From a virus: DNA of 64,000 nt. The position numbers and the translations under genes were made by a program. Below, in pieces: positions 31,206 through 42,306 of this stretch; position 1 is the first letter of the stretch; the number at the start of each line of letters is the position of its first letter. The stretch is taken from positions 1-64,000 of the IMG/VR virus record IMGVR_UViG_3300037247_001689. The stretch is one strand, 5' to 3'. The notes beneath the pieces were generated by a model. The model worked only from the letters and a program-made list of their open reading frames with translations, did no database searches and was not told where the DNA came from.

Positions 31206-32830
31206 ATCTCCATTAGTTCAGATTCATTATTATTAGTAATCAATTCAAGTTTAGGTTTATTATTAAATAAATCAGGACAATAATCAGAAATATCGTTTAA
31301 CTCAGCTATCATTTTTTTATCATTCCGCTTATTCCATTTTAGATATATTTTAGACATTTTCCTGTAAATATCTTCGTGTCCTCTGTAAGGTAGATTCAAT
31401 ACTTTATTTAGCATTCCTTTGTATATTTTTTCGAATTTATAAGATTTCTTTTTCTTTTTTGGGAATAGTTGAGCTTTGGCTTTTGAAATTGTAAGTTTCC
31501 CCGATATTATTTTTTGGAGTGTTTCAGGTGATTTTTCTTTGATGGATTTGCAATCAAAAATATAAGCATGGTTTACATTTCTATCCCTTGATAGTAATTC
31601 GCAAGCTCTCCCTTTTTTTGCGTAGTCAACTTTTTGACTATGCATAGAATTCATGTTTTTAGATTTAGAATTTACGCCATTCATGTTAGTTTTTAATCTC
31701 TCTTGTGCTAATGCTTCGTATTCCTCAAGAAATTGGTCAACTGCGATAGCTGCTCTTTGTGATTTAGATAAATGCCTTCTATTGTCACCCATTGCATGGA
31801 CAAATGATCTCGCAGATCCAGGGCCTTTAAACGCCCTAAATTCTGGCTTTTTGTCATATTTTAAAGCAGACTTAAAACGATGTCTCCCATCTAATATTTT
31901 TCCTTCATATAACCACAACGGCTCATAGACTCCATTCTTTTCAACACTCTTATCAATTGCTTCTTGCTCTTCAATTGTCGCCTCTGGTATTAAATGAGCG
32001 AGTGGATGAATCTCTAATTTCTTCCAATTGAATTCTGTTGTTTTAGGTTTCTCATGTGTTTGGTAAAATTCAGCTTTGGCTTTGGCTATTTGTAGAAGTT
32101 CAGTATTTTCTTTTTTCTTCTCAGTTGCAGGTTCAACTCTGTGATTTTCTCTCTTTGAAATTTTACTGCTTGGTTCCCATTTTCCTTTTTTAGACCATTC
32201 TCCTTTTACCCATGCGTTTTTTACATAGTCGTATACTTCATTTAAAATTATCCAATTTCGTCTCGGCTTGTTCGGATTTTTAAGGTGGAATATGATACTA
32301 ATCTTTCCTTCATCTTCTTTTGGGCAACAAACAAAATAATGAGCGTCCTTATCAAGTTCAGCAATAATTCCAGTTTCTGATTCAGCTTGTTTCCTATTTT
32401 TGTCCAATGAAAAACCAACTCTATCAAAATATTCTTCAGTGAGTACTTTTGAATAACATCTGAGTTTGTAAATGATTTCATTCCATGGCGGGTTTTCTTG
32501 CGGCAGTATTGTGTAAGTATTTATATATTCAAGGATATCGTCACTCGACATTATCTTTTCAGGGACATTCACAATTTGCTGTCTAATTTCACCAATCCTA
32601 TTGTAAATTGGGTAAACACCATCTTCAATAAATAGAGGTTTTAAATAATCCAATAATGTACTTTGAAGTCTCATATCTCGTTCTATCACTTCCAGTTTTT
32701 TATACTTTTCATCCTCAACCGAAGTTGCATAAAAAACCATACTCACACTTTCAGGGGGTATCGAGTCACAATTTAGAGACGATATTGCATATGATCCTTT
32801 GTTACTTTTCCAGATTTGGTGCTTTTTCAA
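31202..32830 (-). CDS. ParB/Srx-like domain protein
   Basis: IHPLAHLIP...SVEKNGVYEPLWLYEGKILDGRHR...NRRHLSKSQRA. Confidence 0.8.
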   Translation of the reverse strand: MKKHQIWKSNKGSYAISSLNCDSIPPESVSMVFYATSVEDEKYKKLEVIERDMRLQSTLLDYLKPLFIEDGVYPIYNRIGEIRQQIVNVPEKIMSSDDILEYINTYTILPQENPPWNEIIYKLRCYSKVLTEEYFDRVGFSLDKNRKQAESETGIIAELDKDAHYFVCCPKEDEGKISIIFHLKNPNKPRRNWIILNEVYDYVKNAWVKGEWSKKGKWEPSSKISKRENHRVEPATEKKKENTELLQIAKAKAEFYQTHEKPKTTEFNWKKLEIHPLAHLIPEATIEEQEAIDKSVEKNGVYEPLWLYEGKILDGRHRFKSALKYDKKPEFRAFKGPGSARSFVHAMGDNRRHLSKSQRAAIAVDQFLEEYEALAQERLKTNMNGVNSKSKNMNSMHSQKVDYAKKGRACELLSRDRNVNHAYIFDCKSIKEKSPETLQKIISGKLTISKAKAQLFPKKKKKSYKFEKIYKGMLNKVLNLPYRGHEDIYRKMSKIYLKWNKRNDKKMIAELNDISDYCPDLFNNKPKLELITNNNESELMEM

Positions 32831-33493
32831 ATTGTCTCCTTTAAAATCATCTCAGATATGTCATCATAAACTTCTTGGCTCATTTCTGCATAATATCCTG
32901 TTTTACCGCCAGGGATCATTCCATTTTTAACTAAGTTTTCAGCTACTTCCCTGAAAACATCTATGGGCATAAACTCAGAATCACACATTGTAATTGCATT
33001 AGGCACACAACTATCAAGATTAACCATTGCTATCCCGTCAATTTTATTTATCACAGGAGCAGTGCAAACGAAAGCTATTGCTTGTATGAATTTTCTTCTG
33101 GTGAATTTCAATTTAGCCTCTTGATTTATAAAATACTACAGTTGTGTAAAAACCACTTCTAAAACCTTTGTCTAAAACGTAGCAATGTTTAAATTCTTCA
33201 CTTATGATAACATGTTTTTTAATTTCTTCAGATGTATCTGTTTCAGAAAAGAAACTAACCGTGTCACACCCATCTTCAGGCCCGAAAGAAAAGTCAATCA
33301 TTGTCACATGATCTGTTAGATAATTTAGTAGAAAACCGACACTTACACATCTTTCTTTTGAGGGTAGAACGCAACCAAACCCTCCTGGAATAACTTTTTC
33401 AATTTTGCTGGGTTGAAGATTTATTTTGCAGAGTTCTTTAAGTGCATTTTTCTTTTCATTCGCAGGTGCCATTTCAGCTTTGAAGTTTTTCAT
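32827..33493 (-). CDS. two hypothetical proteins; 32827-33111 has a twin-arginine-like leader
   Basis: MKFTRRKFIQAIAF. Confidence 0.55.
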
Positions 33494-33533
33494 GGTCTCC
33501 TAATCAATATATTCAATTGGTGTTAATGGTTGG

Positions 33534-33812
33534 TTAAGTCTTTTTATAATTTAAAAGAGATTTATGTATTGCTTGGCGTGAAACACCATATATATTCGCT
33601 ATGTAAGAAAAAGTTTTGCCTTGTTTCCTGAGAGTGTATATTGCTTTTATGTTCTTACCTTTTTTACTGCCACGCCTTCGTAAAATAATCTTTTCCTTTA
33701 GTAGCCTGTTACGTATTGGGGATATTGAACAGTTAAATATTTTTGCTATTTTAAATATCCCTGTGCCAGATTCGTACATCTTTTTAATCAGTTTTGAATC
33801 AAGATTTAGCAT
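33534..33812 (-). CDS. tandem HTH DNA-binding protein
   Basis: IKKMYESG.GI.KIAKIFNCS...I and IYTLRKQGKTF..IA.IYGVSRQAI. Confidence 0.8.
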   Translation of the reverse strand: MLNLDSKLIKKMYESGTGIFKIAKIFNCSISPIRNRLLKEKIILRRRGSKKGKNIKAIYTLRKQGKTFSYIANIYGVSRQAIHKSLLNYKKT

Positions 33813-33864
33813 TTTATATTCTTTATAATTAAACAGCCAACAACATGTTAACTGTTTTTATGGT

Positions 33865-34179
33865 TTATTTATCGGCAATTGTTCCCGCAACTTTTTCTGC
33901 CTGTTCAAAAGTCATCGTCATCAATGCAAAAGCTTGCGGTTTGGTGAATCCTTTTTTAACTAAATCTTCATACATCCGCCAGTATAGATCGGTTAAAACA
34001 TCACTAATCTTGTTGGTAATCTTTGATTCTTTCACGACATCCAGAACAATATTACCTATGTCAATAACAGTTTTAATTTCCAGTCTTTGTCGTTCTACCT
34101 GTTGAGTAGAATAGTCTTCTTGTGCAAAACAAAAAGTTGATGCGAGAAGTAATATTAACAGTAAAATTAACTTTTTCAA
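33865..34179 (-). CDS. secreted hypothetical protein
   Basis: Signal peptide; YEDLVKKGFT..QA..L. Confidence 0.65.
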   Translation of the reverse strand: MKKLILLLILLLASTFCFAQEDYSTQQVERQRLEIKTVIDIGNIVLDVVKESKITNKISDVLTDLYWRMYEDLVKKGFTKPQAFALMTMTFEQAEKVAGTIADK

Positions 34180-34343
34180 TTCGTCTCCTGATTAAATTTA
34201 ATAAAAAAATAACATCCAGACTTTAAAATAATAAATAACTTATAACCTGTCAAGATAATAAATTACATCTTTGCTAAGTCCTCCTATATATGCAACTATA
34301 AACGCAAAACAGACTATTATCTACATATTCCCACGGAAAAGCT

Positions 34344-37300
34344 ATGCCAAAAGCAATCACAGTAAGCAGCCTATCGAATTACACCCCCATGTTTAAAGCG
34401 ATCAAAACCAAGATAAAAGAACCCACATTTAAGTTACAAGGCAGTTATATCTTCCAAGGATTACCTATTTCAGTTGAAAATAAAGCCGGTTCAATGCGTC
34501 GAAGTATGCCAGGAGAAAAACCGGTCTGGTCGACTAAAATGGGTTATGATTATGGTTATATCCGCAATACTGAAGCAAAAGACAAAGAAGCGGTTGATGT
34601 TTATGTGAGACGGAAGTCAAAAGGTAAAAAACCTCCTTATCATGACATTTCGGGCGGGGAACTCGTTGACCAAGCGGTTTACGTCATCCATCAAAAACAA
34701 ATCTGGAAAACCTCAAAATGGCATAATGGTATCTGTCCTGATTGTCATAAGCACCATACAGAATGTAAACACGCTTACGATGAAGATAAAGTGATGTTGG
34801 GTTTCGATTCTAAAGAAGATGCTATTAAAGCATATCTTGGTCAATACGATTCATCACGCTTTTTAGGTCCAGTGTCCACTTACACACTATCTGAATTCAA
34901 AGCTTCTCTAAAAAATTCATGGGGTAAGAAATTACCCTATAAAAATAGTAAACATGAACATTGGGTGGGCGTTGATTTAGACGGGACATCAGCAATTGAC
35001 GATGGATGGAAAGGGAAAGAACACATTGGCGAACCGATTGAGAAAATATGGAAAAGAATAGATAAGATACTTAGTCAAGGCGGGAAAGTTAAAATTCTTA
35101 CTGCCAGGGCATGGGATAAAAAAGCAATCAAACCGATTCAAGATTGGATGAAGTTGAACAACAAACCCATATTAGAAATCACCAACAAAAAAGATCCCGG
35201 CATGGTTGAAATTTGGGATGATCGAGCGAGAAGAATTGGGAAGAATACCGGAAATTTAGTGAAAAGCTTTTACGTTGATTTAGACAAATCATATCTTGGA
35301 CAATCAGGAGATAAATTCGGGAGTACAGCAATGTTACAGGAAAACCTAAGCAAGAAAAATTCAAAGGCTGTTATTGTTTCAATGGGTGATAATAAAAAAG
35401 ATAGAATGGAATGGATACGGCAACATAATGCAAGAATGTTAGGTGTTAAACTTGATAAAGGTTGCATGAAGAAAATGTTTGTTAGTAATCAAATGAAAGA
35501 TGAAGACCAGTATGATTACGATGTTTGTTCAAAATATGCAGCTTTTCAAGCCGAAATTGAGGATAAATACCACAAAAATAAATTCCCCAACGAAACCAAA
35601 CACGAATACATTGAGCGCACTAAAAAAGAAACCATCGCCAAACAAAACCAAATGATAACCGGTTATATGCAGAAAGCCGTTATCATCAAACGTGAGGACA
35701 TGGAAAAAGGATTTGTTAAGCAGCATACCCGGAAAGGAAAAGTTGTCGCTTCCTATTTCACTAAAACAAAAAAGAAAATTGCCGGTGTAAAACACAAAAG
35801 ATTGCACCGCTTGGACATGAGCGAAAAGCAAGCTCAGGAGAAAATAAAACTAATCGAGAAAGCCAAAACATTACACGATGATCATATCAGACTTGCAAAG
35901 GACCATAAAAAGGAAGCTGAAGCGGCCAAATCTGACGGTAAAGAACACTATGAAAAGCATGGCAGGAAGTATCTGATTGATCCAGCAATCAGTCACCTAA
36001 ACGACCACATCAAACATCATGAGAATAAACTTGAATCCCATAACAATCATATCAAAAAGATTGAACAACGCCACGAAACAGATGCAGCGTATTTTGATAA
36101 AAAACGGGAAAAGTCCAAGGCCAAAAAGCAAGAGAAAGCCCCTAAAAAGGATGGATTAACTTTCTCTGATCAAAAAGAATACATGTCATGGTACCGTAAG
36201 CAATCAAAACACGATCAAGAAAATCATAAGTTAGATAGGAAGGACGGTAAGCTGGTTGTTACAATGACAGGTAAAGAACCGGTTAAGAAAGAGGAACCAG
36301 TTAAGAAAGTTGTGGTTGCCAAAAAAGAAGAAAAGCGCCTTCCCAAAAAAGCAGTTATTGTTAAACGGGAAATCATCGACGTTCCAACGAAGTATACTGA
36401 TAATAGTAACAGGAATAATTCAGATGTAAATAGATCTAAAGAATCAATAAATGAAGGCTTAATGATATTGAAAGCTGGAAAATTGCCGCCAGGAAAACAG
36501 GAATCTATTGAACGGGCCATTAAAAATTCAATGGATAGGATTGATGGTATTCTTGAACCTAAAAAAGATAGCATTGGAGAATTGGAGAACCGCAATAAAA
36601 CCCTGATTGAAACAATGAAAAATTTGTCTTCTGAAAGTGCGTTCAGAGGCGGGAAAGTAACTGAAGAAGGTGAAAAGTTAAAGGATGAATGGCGAGCAGC
36701 ACAACAGGAAAGTGCTGGGATAGTAAAAAAGATTAATGAGTTGAAAGATAAAAAAATAAAAACCGAAAAGGATAGCAAGGGTAGTTTGATATCAAGATCG
36801 GCACTAAAAACGCTAAGTACCGCAGAGGAAGATTTAAAAGAACACAGTTATAAACTTGGAACAATTCATTTAGATAGGATATCAAGCCATCTTAAGTTTG
36901 CAAAAGAGAAAAAATTACTTCCTGAATCCAAATTGGAAAATATAGAAAATGCATTAAATGATGCTAAAAGAAGCCGTTCCGAAGCCCTAAAAGGAAACAA
37001 GAACGCTTACAAGGGCGGTCCAAAAGAAGAGGCTAAAAAAGTAATTGTCAAAAAAGAAGAAGATAAGAAGCCGATTTCTAAAAAAGCGGTGATTGTTCCT
37101 CGTGAGAAGATCACTGATTTTGGAGAGAAAATTGGTGGTGCGAGAAAGGATGAGTGGAAGAATAAATACCTAAAAGGGAAAGACATTTTTGAGTTAAATG
37201 ATCGTGAAATTGTAAAACATGTTAAGAAGGATAAAATTTGGCCAAAACCCGATTACGAGAAAATGATAAAAGAAGGAAAAGATCCAGTTGTAGCACATCT

Positions 37301-39266
37301 GATTAAAAAAGTCAGAGATGGATTACCCGCAAAATTAAATCTTCCTTCTTATAAAGAATCTCAATTAAAAGAATATGCCCAAAAATATGTTCAATTTATA
37401 CAGGATGCCAGAGAAACATTGTTGAAAGTAAAAACTGTTGATGATTTCAAAGATGTCATATCTAAAATATTTCATGATGAATATGAAAAAGGAAAAGGCT
37501 GGACTGTGACGGGTGCAGATCCAAGCAAGGCGTATTTCTATAATAGTAGAGTTAGAAAAGCTATGAGTATTTCAACTTGGGATATAAGTAGGTCTAAAAA
37601 AGAAGTTGATAAAGGGTGGGGTCTGTCCGAACCATGGATGAAAGACCTTACTATAAAAGAATATCCAATTAATCTTGCCACAATGAAACGTGATGATCCA
37701 CACACATTCATGGTAAAAGGCGAAGGCGTGACCAGCCCTTATTTTGAGTCAGAAAAAGAAGCAACAGATTGGGCAAAAACAAGACACGAGGCATTAAAGG
37801 ATCACAAAGTAACGCATGGTGAAGTCTCCAAGAAAAATAAGGAAACAGGCGAATGGGAAAAGAAAAGCGGGTGGTTTGCTACAAAAGGTAGCACAATCAT
37901 GTCAGAAGTAATGGGAACCAAAAAAGCAGTTGAAGATTATTTAATGCTCCAGCATACACTAAAACCAGAAGCAGGAAAGAAAAAGCAAAAACCTAAATTT
38001 ATCAGACCCCAATTAAGAACCATTGAAAGAACTGGCAAGGAACACCGGAAAGGTGAAAGTACAACCACTAAAGATTTTCATGAAACGTTCGGATTTAAAG
38101 GTGGTGAATTTGGAAATTGGAATACTCAGTCCGATAGACAGCAAACGATGGACCATGCCAGTGATGCAATGAATGATTTAGCTGATGCTATCGGCATTGA
38201 TCCAAAAGAGATATCATTCAACGGCGACCTGTCAATTGCCTTTGGCGCAAGAGGTCAGGGTTTTAGTGGTGCTTCTGCTCATTATGAACCGGATAGAAAA
38301 GTAATTAATCTTACTAAAATGAAAGGGGCAGGTTCACTCGCGCATGAGTGGGGGCATGGTTTAGATGATTATATTAGAAAAGTATCCGGCACCCAAACTG
38401 TAAAAAGTAAAATGGCGACTGATGCATTACACCCTAAAGAGGGGGGATTGTCGGCGGAGCAGGTAAAAGCCTTTAATAATATAGTTGAAACTATGACGAG
38501 AAAAAAACTTCCATTATCAGAGCATCAAGAAAACCTTAAAAAAGAGATTGAGAAGCATACTAAAGGATTAAAAAGCACTCTTGCGGGGATAAGAGAAGAT
38601 TTAGTAAAAAGTAAAGAGTCTGGTAACAAGTTAATCACTGATGCAGGTTTAAAAGAATTTGATAAAGAAATCGTCCCAAATATTCTAAAAGGGCCATCTA
38701 AAGGTGACAAACAAATTCAAGATGGTAAGAAAAAATATGATTTTATCCATGAAAAATTGCATTATTTAACAAATGAATTCTACAAAGATAGAATAGGCAG
38801 GAACGAAAGCCGGTATAAAAATAACCTTCAATATTATTACAACAATATAGGCTATTCAAAAGAAAGCCTGGCTAAAGGTAGTGATGTCACACTTCCAAAA
38901 AGAGATAGCAATTTCAAGAAAGGCGCAAGGAAAATGGGTGACCTTTTCGGGAAATCTTCATACTGGCCAAGCAATGTTGAAATGTTCGGGAGAGCATTTG
39001 AATCATATGTTCATGACAAGGTGAAAGCTAAAGGTAATAAATCAGATTATCTTGTTCACAGTACCAGTAATGATAATTATCAAGTGTATACTGATCCAAA
39101 AACAGGTGAATATCCACAACCATATCCTGAAGGGAAAGAAAGAGTAGAAATAAACAAAGCATTTGATAATTTTTTCAAACATTTCAAGAAAGGAAGCCAG
39201 TTTCAGAAACCTTCTAAGAATATGAAGAAGGCTTTTAAGGGGGTTATCATTAAACGAGTTAGTTAA
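34344..39266 (+). CDS. large polyvalent (probable internal virion) protein: InPase, HAD phosphatase, Lys-rich linker, LPD5-like and LPD1-like (HExxH) domains
   Basis: GLPISVEN..GS.R...DYGYI..T...D.EAVDVY...DEDKVMLGF; WVGVDLDGT...TAR...WDDRA; ITDFGEKIGGARKD; GGEFGNW...AFGARG...AHYEP...GSLAHEWGH...EMFGRAFE...YPEG.ER. Confidence 0.85.
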   Translation: MPKAITVSSLSNYTPMFKAIKTKIKEPTFKLQGSYIFQGLPISVENKAGSMRRSMPGEKPVWSTKMGYDYGYIRNTEAKDKEAVDVYVRRKSKGKKPPYHDISGGELVDQAVYVIHQKQIWKTSKWHNGICPDCHKHHTECKHAYDEDKVMLGFDSKEDAIKAYLGQYDSSRFLGPVSTYTLSEFKASLKNSWGKKLPYKNSKHEHWVGVDLDGTSAIDDGWKGKEHIGEPIEKIWKRIDKILSQGGKVKILTARAWDKKAIKPIQDWMKLNNKPILEITNKKDPGMVEIWDDRARRIGKNTGNLVKSFYVDLDKSYLGQSGDKFGSTAMLQENLSKKNSKAVIVSMGDNKKDRMEWIRQHNARMLGVKLDKGCMKKMFVSNQMKDEDQYDYDVCSKYAAFQAEIEDKYHKNKFPNETKHEYIERTKKETIAKQNQMITGYMQKAVIIKREDMEKGFVKQHTRKGKVVASYFTKTKKKIAGVKHKRLHRLDMSEKQAQEKIKLIEKAKTLHDDHIRLAKDHKKEAEAAKSDGKEHYEKHGRKYLIDPAISHLNDHIKHHENKLESHNNHIKKIEQRHETDAAYFDKKREKSKAKKQEKAPKKDGLTFSDQKEYMSWYRKQSKHDQENHKLDRKDGKLVVTMTGKEPVKKEEPVKKVVVAKKEEKRLPKKAVIVKREIIDVPTKYTDNSNRNNSDVNRSKESINEGLMILKAGKLPPGKQESIERAIKNSMDRIDGILEPKKDSIGELENRNKTLIETMKNLSSESAFRGGKVTEEGEKLKDEWRAAQQESAGIVKKINELKDKKIKTEKDSKGSLISRSALKTLSTAEEDLKEHSYKLGTIHLDRISSHLKFAKEKKLLPESKLENIENALNDAKRSRSEALKGNKNAYKGGPKEEAKKVIVKKEEDKKPISKKAVIVPREKITDFGEKIGGARKDEWKNKYLKGKDIFELNDREIVKHVKKDKIWPKPDYEKMIKEGKDPVVAHLIKKVRDGLPAKLNLPSYKESQLKEYAQKYVQFIQDARETLLKVKTVDDFKDVISKIFHDEYEKGKGWTVTGADPSKAYFYNSRVRKAMSISTWDISRSKKEVDKGWGLSEPWMKDLTIKEYPINLATMKRDDPHTFMVKGEGVTSPYFESEKEATDWAKTRHEALKDHKVTHGEVSKKNKETGEWEKKSGWFATKGSTIMSEVMGTKKAVEDYLMLQHTLKPEAGKKKQKPKFIRPQLRTIERTGKEHRKGESTTTKDFHETFGFKGGEFGNWNTQSDRQQTMDHASDAMNDLADAIGIDPKEISFNGDLSIAFGARGQGFSGASAHYEPDRKVINLTKMKGAGSLAHEWGHGLDDYIRKVSGTQTVKSKMATDALHPKEGGLSAEQVKAFNNIVETMTRKKLPLSEHQENLKKEIEKHTKGLKSTLAGIREDLVKSKESGNKLITDAGLKEFDKEIVPNILKGPSKGDKQIQDGKKKYDFIHEKLHYLTNEFYKDRIGRNESRYKNNLQYYYNNIGYSKESLAKGSDVTLPKRDSNFKKGARKMGDLFGKSSYWPSNVEMFGRAFESYVHDKVKAKGNKSDYLVHSTSNDNYQVYTDPKTGEYPQPYPEGKERVEINKAFDNFFKHFKKGSQFQKPSKNMKKAFKGVIIKRVS

Positions 39267-39269
39267 TAA

Positions 39270-39580
39270 TTAAATATCATTTTGGCAGGAATGATCTCCA
39301 CATTTACACTTTTCAAAAGGGAAAAGAATTGGTTGTAAAAACGAAATACTCATCCCATTATCGAAGAACATAAGATGGTTAGTTTCTAAAACTTCTCTGC
39401 CAGTATTAACTTTACTGACATCAACTTCTGGTTTCCAATCTAAACCGGTTAAAGAAGCAATCTGGACCTTATCAGAATCAATATTGTACTCACCATATGA
39501 GATATTAATGTTCCAAAATGTTCTTCATAATCGCCATTAAATTGTGTTCCTTCATAATAAAATTTATAAGTTGCATCCAT
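39270..39580 (-). pseudogene. ~103-codon gene interrupted by a single frameshift
   Basis: ATG 39580 after GGGGAATTAAG; the reading continues in the -1 frame from about 39515 to TAA 39270. Confidence 0.5.
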
Positions 39581-39630
39581 CTTAATTCCCCAATTTTGAT
39601 GTTATGGTTTAATTCCGATTTCTTGATCCA

Positions 39631-39680
39631 AATATATTTTATCTGTCGGAATCCGTCAAGTAAATAATAACTTATTTTAT
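39631..39680 (-). promoter_or_regulatory. promoter/operator cassette (copy 2)
   Basis: TTGACG-17-TATATT; TTGACGGATTCCGACAG. Confidence 0.8.
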
Positions 39681-39752
39681 TAAACACCCAAACGTTTGCC
39701 ATTCCCCTACATAAATAGTACCTTTCAATAAACCACTATCAAAAGGAACCAA

Positions 39753-39992
39753 ATGAAAAACTACACAATCACAATCTTAGGCAAAGAAACAATTGTCATT
39801 TCAAAGACTAAAAAACTGGAAATCGTCAACGGCGAAATCGGTCATGCCATTAAAATCATCGAATCACCGATTTTAACAAGATACATCCCCCTTATAAACA
39901 TTACCTCAATGGTCATTGAAGACTTAGATAAAAAGTCAGATATGGCGAAGAAGCAACAAAAACACATTGATAAATTGAAAGGGAAAAAATAA
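39753..39992 (+). CDS. hypothetical protein
   Basis: AAGGA RBS; coupled to the next gene. Confidence 0.65.
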   Translation: MKNYTITILGKETIVISKTKKLEIVNGEIGHAIKIIESPILTRYIPLINITSMVIEDLDKKSDMAKKQQKHIDKLKGKK

Positions 39993-41005
39993 TGTGCGAA
40001 GCTTGCGGAGATTCAGAACACCAAAAAGTTGAGATAATGAAAGCCGGAATACAAACCGGAATTTATCACATGGATTCATATTCAGATTACTACCCGGGAT
40101 TAAATATCTACGACATAGAATATGACAGCATGGCTAAGGCAATCAACATCTCAACTCAAATCACGCAACACGGTGAAGCCTCATTCGATGACTATATGCA
40201 GGAACTACTGCTGGATTTAAGCACAGAAATGCGCACGAATCCAAAAGAGCATATAAGCATGATATTAAGGCGTTTTAGCGAGAGGAAATTTAAAGACAAG
40301 GATTGGTGGGGCAATCTCACTAAAGATGAAATAAACGAGCTTTTGAGTGGAATCAGGGAATATTATGCGACTCACACGCTACTTTTAGAAAGCGGGTTAG
40401 CTGAAGCCTATAAATTCGGAAAGTTTCACACGCTTTTAACAGAATCAATGACCTTAAAGCAAGCAAAGAATAAGGTTAAAACCCTTAAATTAAACCCTTA
40501 TGATAAAGCGAGATTAGACACAATTCAACAAACATCCGGTCTATTTATGGATCGGGTTATCCAGAGACAAGTCGATACTGCAGCGATAAAAATTCTGGAA
40601 CGTAACAGAGATTTTATCACAAAAGTACTTGTAAATAATGATGAAAAATCATGGCGCTCACTGGCAAGTGATATCTACCATGGAATGGAAAGAGACGCTA
40701 AAGTCGTAGTGAGGGATATTGACCGGATTACCAGGACAGAGATTGCTCATTCTCAGAATTATGCTATCTTAATGGATGGCAAAGATCGAGGGAAGAAATA
40801 CGCAATTGTCAGAGTGAGAGATACGGCCTGTCCACTTTGTAAAGGGATGTATTTGAATAAGGATGGAACCCCAAAGAAGTTTTTGCTGGATGATTTAATT
40901 GGCGTTCCGAGGGATGTTAATTGGGGTAAGAAGCCTAAAGATTTCAAGCTACAAGCACCGGTTTTGCATCCATATTGCTTCTGTGTTCTTTTAGTTTTAG
41001 CTTAA
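39992..41005 (+). CDS. head morphogenesis protein (SPP1 gp7/Mu gpF-like)
   Basis: RDIDRITRTEIAH...ACPLC...LHPYCFC. Confidence 0.85.
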   Translation: MCEACGDSEHQKVEIMKAGIQTGIYHMDSYSDYYPGLNIYDIEYDSMAKAINISTQITQHGEASFDDYMQELLLDLSTEMRTNPKEHISMILRRFSERKFKDKDWWGNLTKDEINELLSGIREYYATHTLLLESGLAEAYKFGKFHTLLTESMTLKQAKNKVKTLKLNPYDKARLDTIQQTSGLFMDRVIQRQVDTAAIKILERNRDFITKVLVNNDEKSWRSLASDIYHGMERDAKVVVRDIDRITRTEIAHSQNYAILMDGKDRGKKYAIVRVRDTACPLCKGMYLNKDGTPKKFLLDDLIGVPRDVNWGKKPKDFKLQAPVLHPYCFCVLLVLA

Positions 41006-41460
41006 TGATATCAAGTACTTGCAACATTTGATTGATTAGTTCACGAAATCACTACATTATTGTTTATTGAATACCCTCTTTACATTCCCACTTGAATCTG
41101 TTTCAAATTTGTACCAAATATTCGATTATATACAAATAACATCATTAATTTTGTTAAATGCTTCTATCATTAAACCCTCTAAAACTCCAGTTGTTCTCAA
41201 TACTGATTGTTTGTGCTGCAATTTCCAGTCTTTGATAATTGCTTCAATCAACTTAACCTTTTCTTTATCTTCCATATTATTCCTTTACGAAATCACTAAT
41301 CTACAAATTCCCTTGAACAAATCCCAACCGGATAGATTGACCTGCGATAAATTCGAGTGATTGTTCCTTGATCTTTCTCTTATCAATTGGAATTGTACTT
41401 GCAACCCCATTTTCGATTAGAACCGTACTCCAAAATATTCCAGGTACGGTTGCAATGTTT

Positions 41461-41814
41461 TTAGTTTTTGTCATAGAATTTCTCCGCCATTTCAGGGTTT
41501 TCGTATTTATTACCTATTTCAGTCCAATTTTCAACACCTTTATCAAGAGCGATAGAAACACCACCCGTAAAAATTCGCCAATCTGGACCATGTTTTGTGA
41601 TTATTCCGTTAATAGCTCCATTAGTTATGATATCACCTTGGTAAAGTTCTGTTTTGTCCTTGTCGTGCCTTTCTGAGGATAGGATTAGGATTAAATGTTT
41701 ATCAGCTTTTTCAATCCACCCCCTTAAGTCAAAATGCATTAATTCGCCGATTTCATTAATATAAAAATCAAGATTACTTAATCTATTCTTTTTATCATCC
41801 CAAACCTTAAACAT
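41461..41814 (-). CDS. YopX family protein
   Basis: FKVWD...DKDKTELYQGDII...EIGNKYENPE. Confidence 0.8.
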   Translation of the reverse strand: MFKVWDDKKNRLSNLDFYINEIGELMHFDLRGWIEKADKHLILILSSERHDKDKTELYQGDIITNGAINGIITKHGPDWRIFTGGVSIALDKGVENWTEIGNKYENPEMAEKFYDKN

Positions 41815-41824
41815 CTTTTCTCCT

Positions 41825-42298
41825 TTATTGACTGAGACTCCTATAGCATGTCTCAATATATTTACTTCCTATGTTTACCCTAACAACCATATTATTAAAC
41901 ACATAATTGACAAATTCAGCGCCCATAATTAGAACGAGCTTCCCGTTCAATATTGTTTTTTCAATATCTTTGACGGTTATTTCTCTTTGACACATTCTTA
42001 ATACGCAGTGCCTATGTAATTTATATTGAGAATGTTCTTTTCTGTCAGGCGAAGATTTTCTTAGTACCAAATCATGTCCAGTGTTGATATGCTCTGTTGG
42101 TATTTTAATTTTAACAGACCTCAATGGTACTACATGATTGCATTTTATACACCATTTGAACCCTTTATTAATTATTTCATATTCATGTTCACATGCGTCA
42201 CTTAATGATATCGCGTGGTCACATTTTAGGCATCTATAATAAAAATTACCTTTCTTTTTTCTTGATGGTGTTAATTTGTAATCATGCTCGCATTCCAT
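41825..42298 (-). CDS. tandem zinc ribbons plus DUF4258 (RelE-like) domain
   Basis: CEHDY...CLKC and CEHEY...CIKC; HRHCVLRM.QREIT..DI...I.NG...V.V....IETCY. Confidence 0.65.
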   Translation of the reverse strand: MECEHDYKLTPSRKKKGNFYYRCLKCDHAISLSDACEHEYEIINKGFKWCIKCNHVVPLRSVKIKIPTEHINTGHDLVLRKSSPDRKEHSQYKLHRHCVLRMCQREITVKDIEKTILNGKLVLIMGAEFVNYVFNNMVVRVNIGSKYIETCYRSLSQ

Positions 42299-42306
42299 AA
42301 TCCCTC

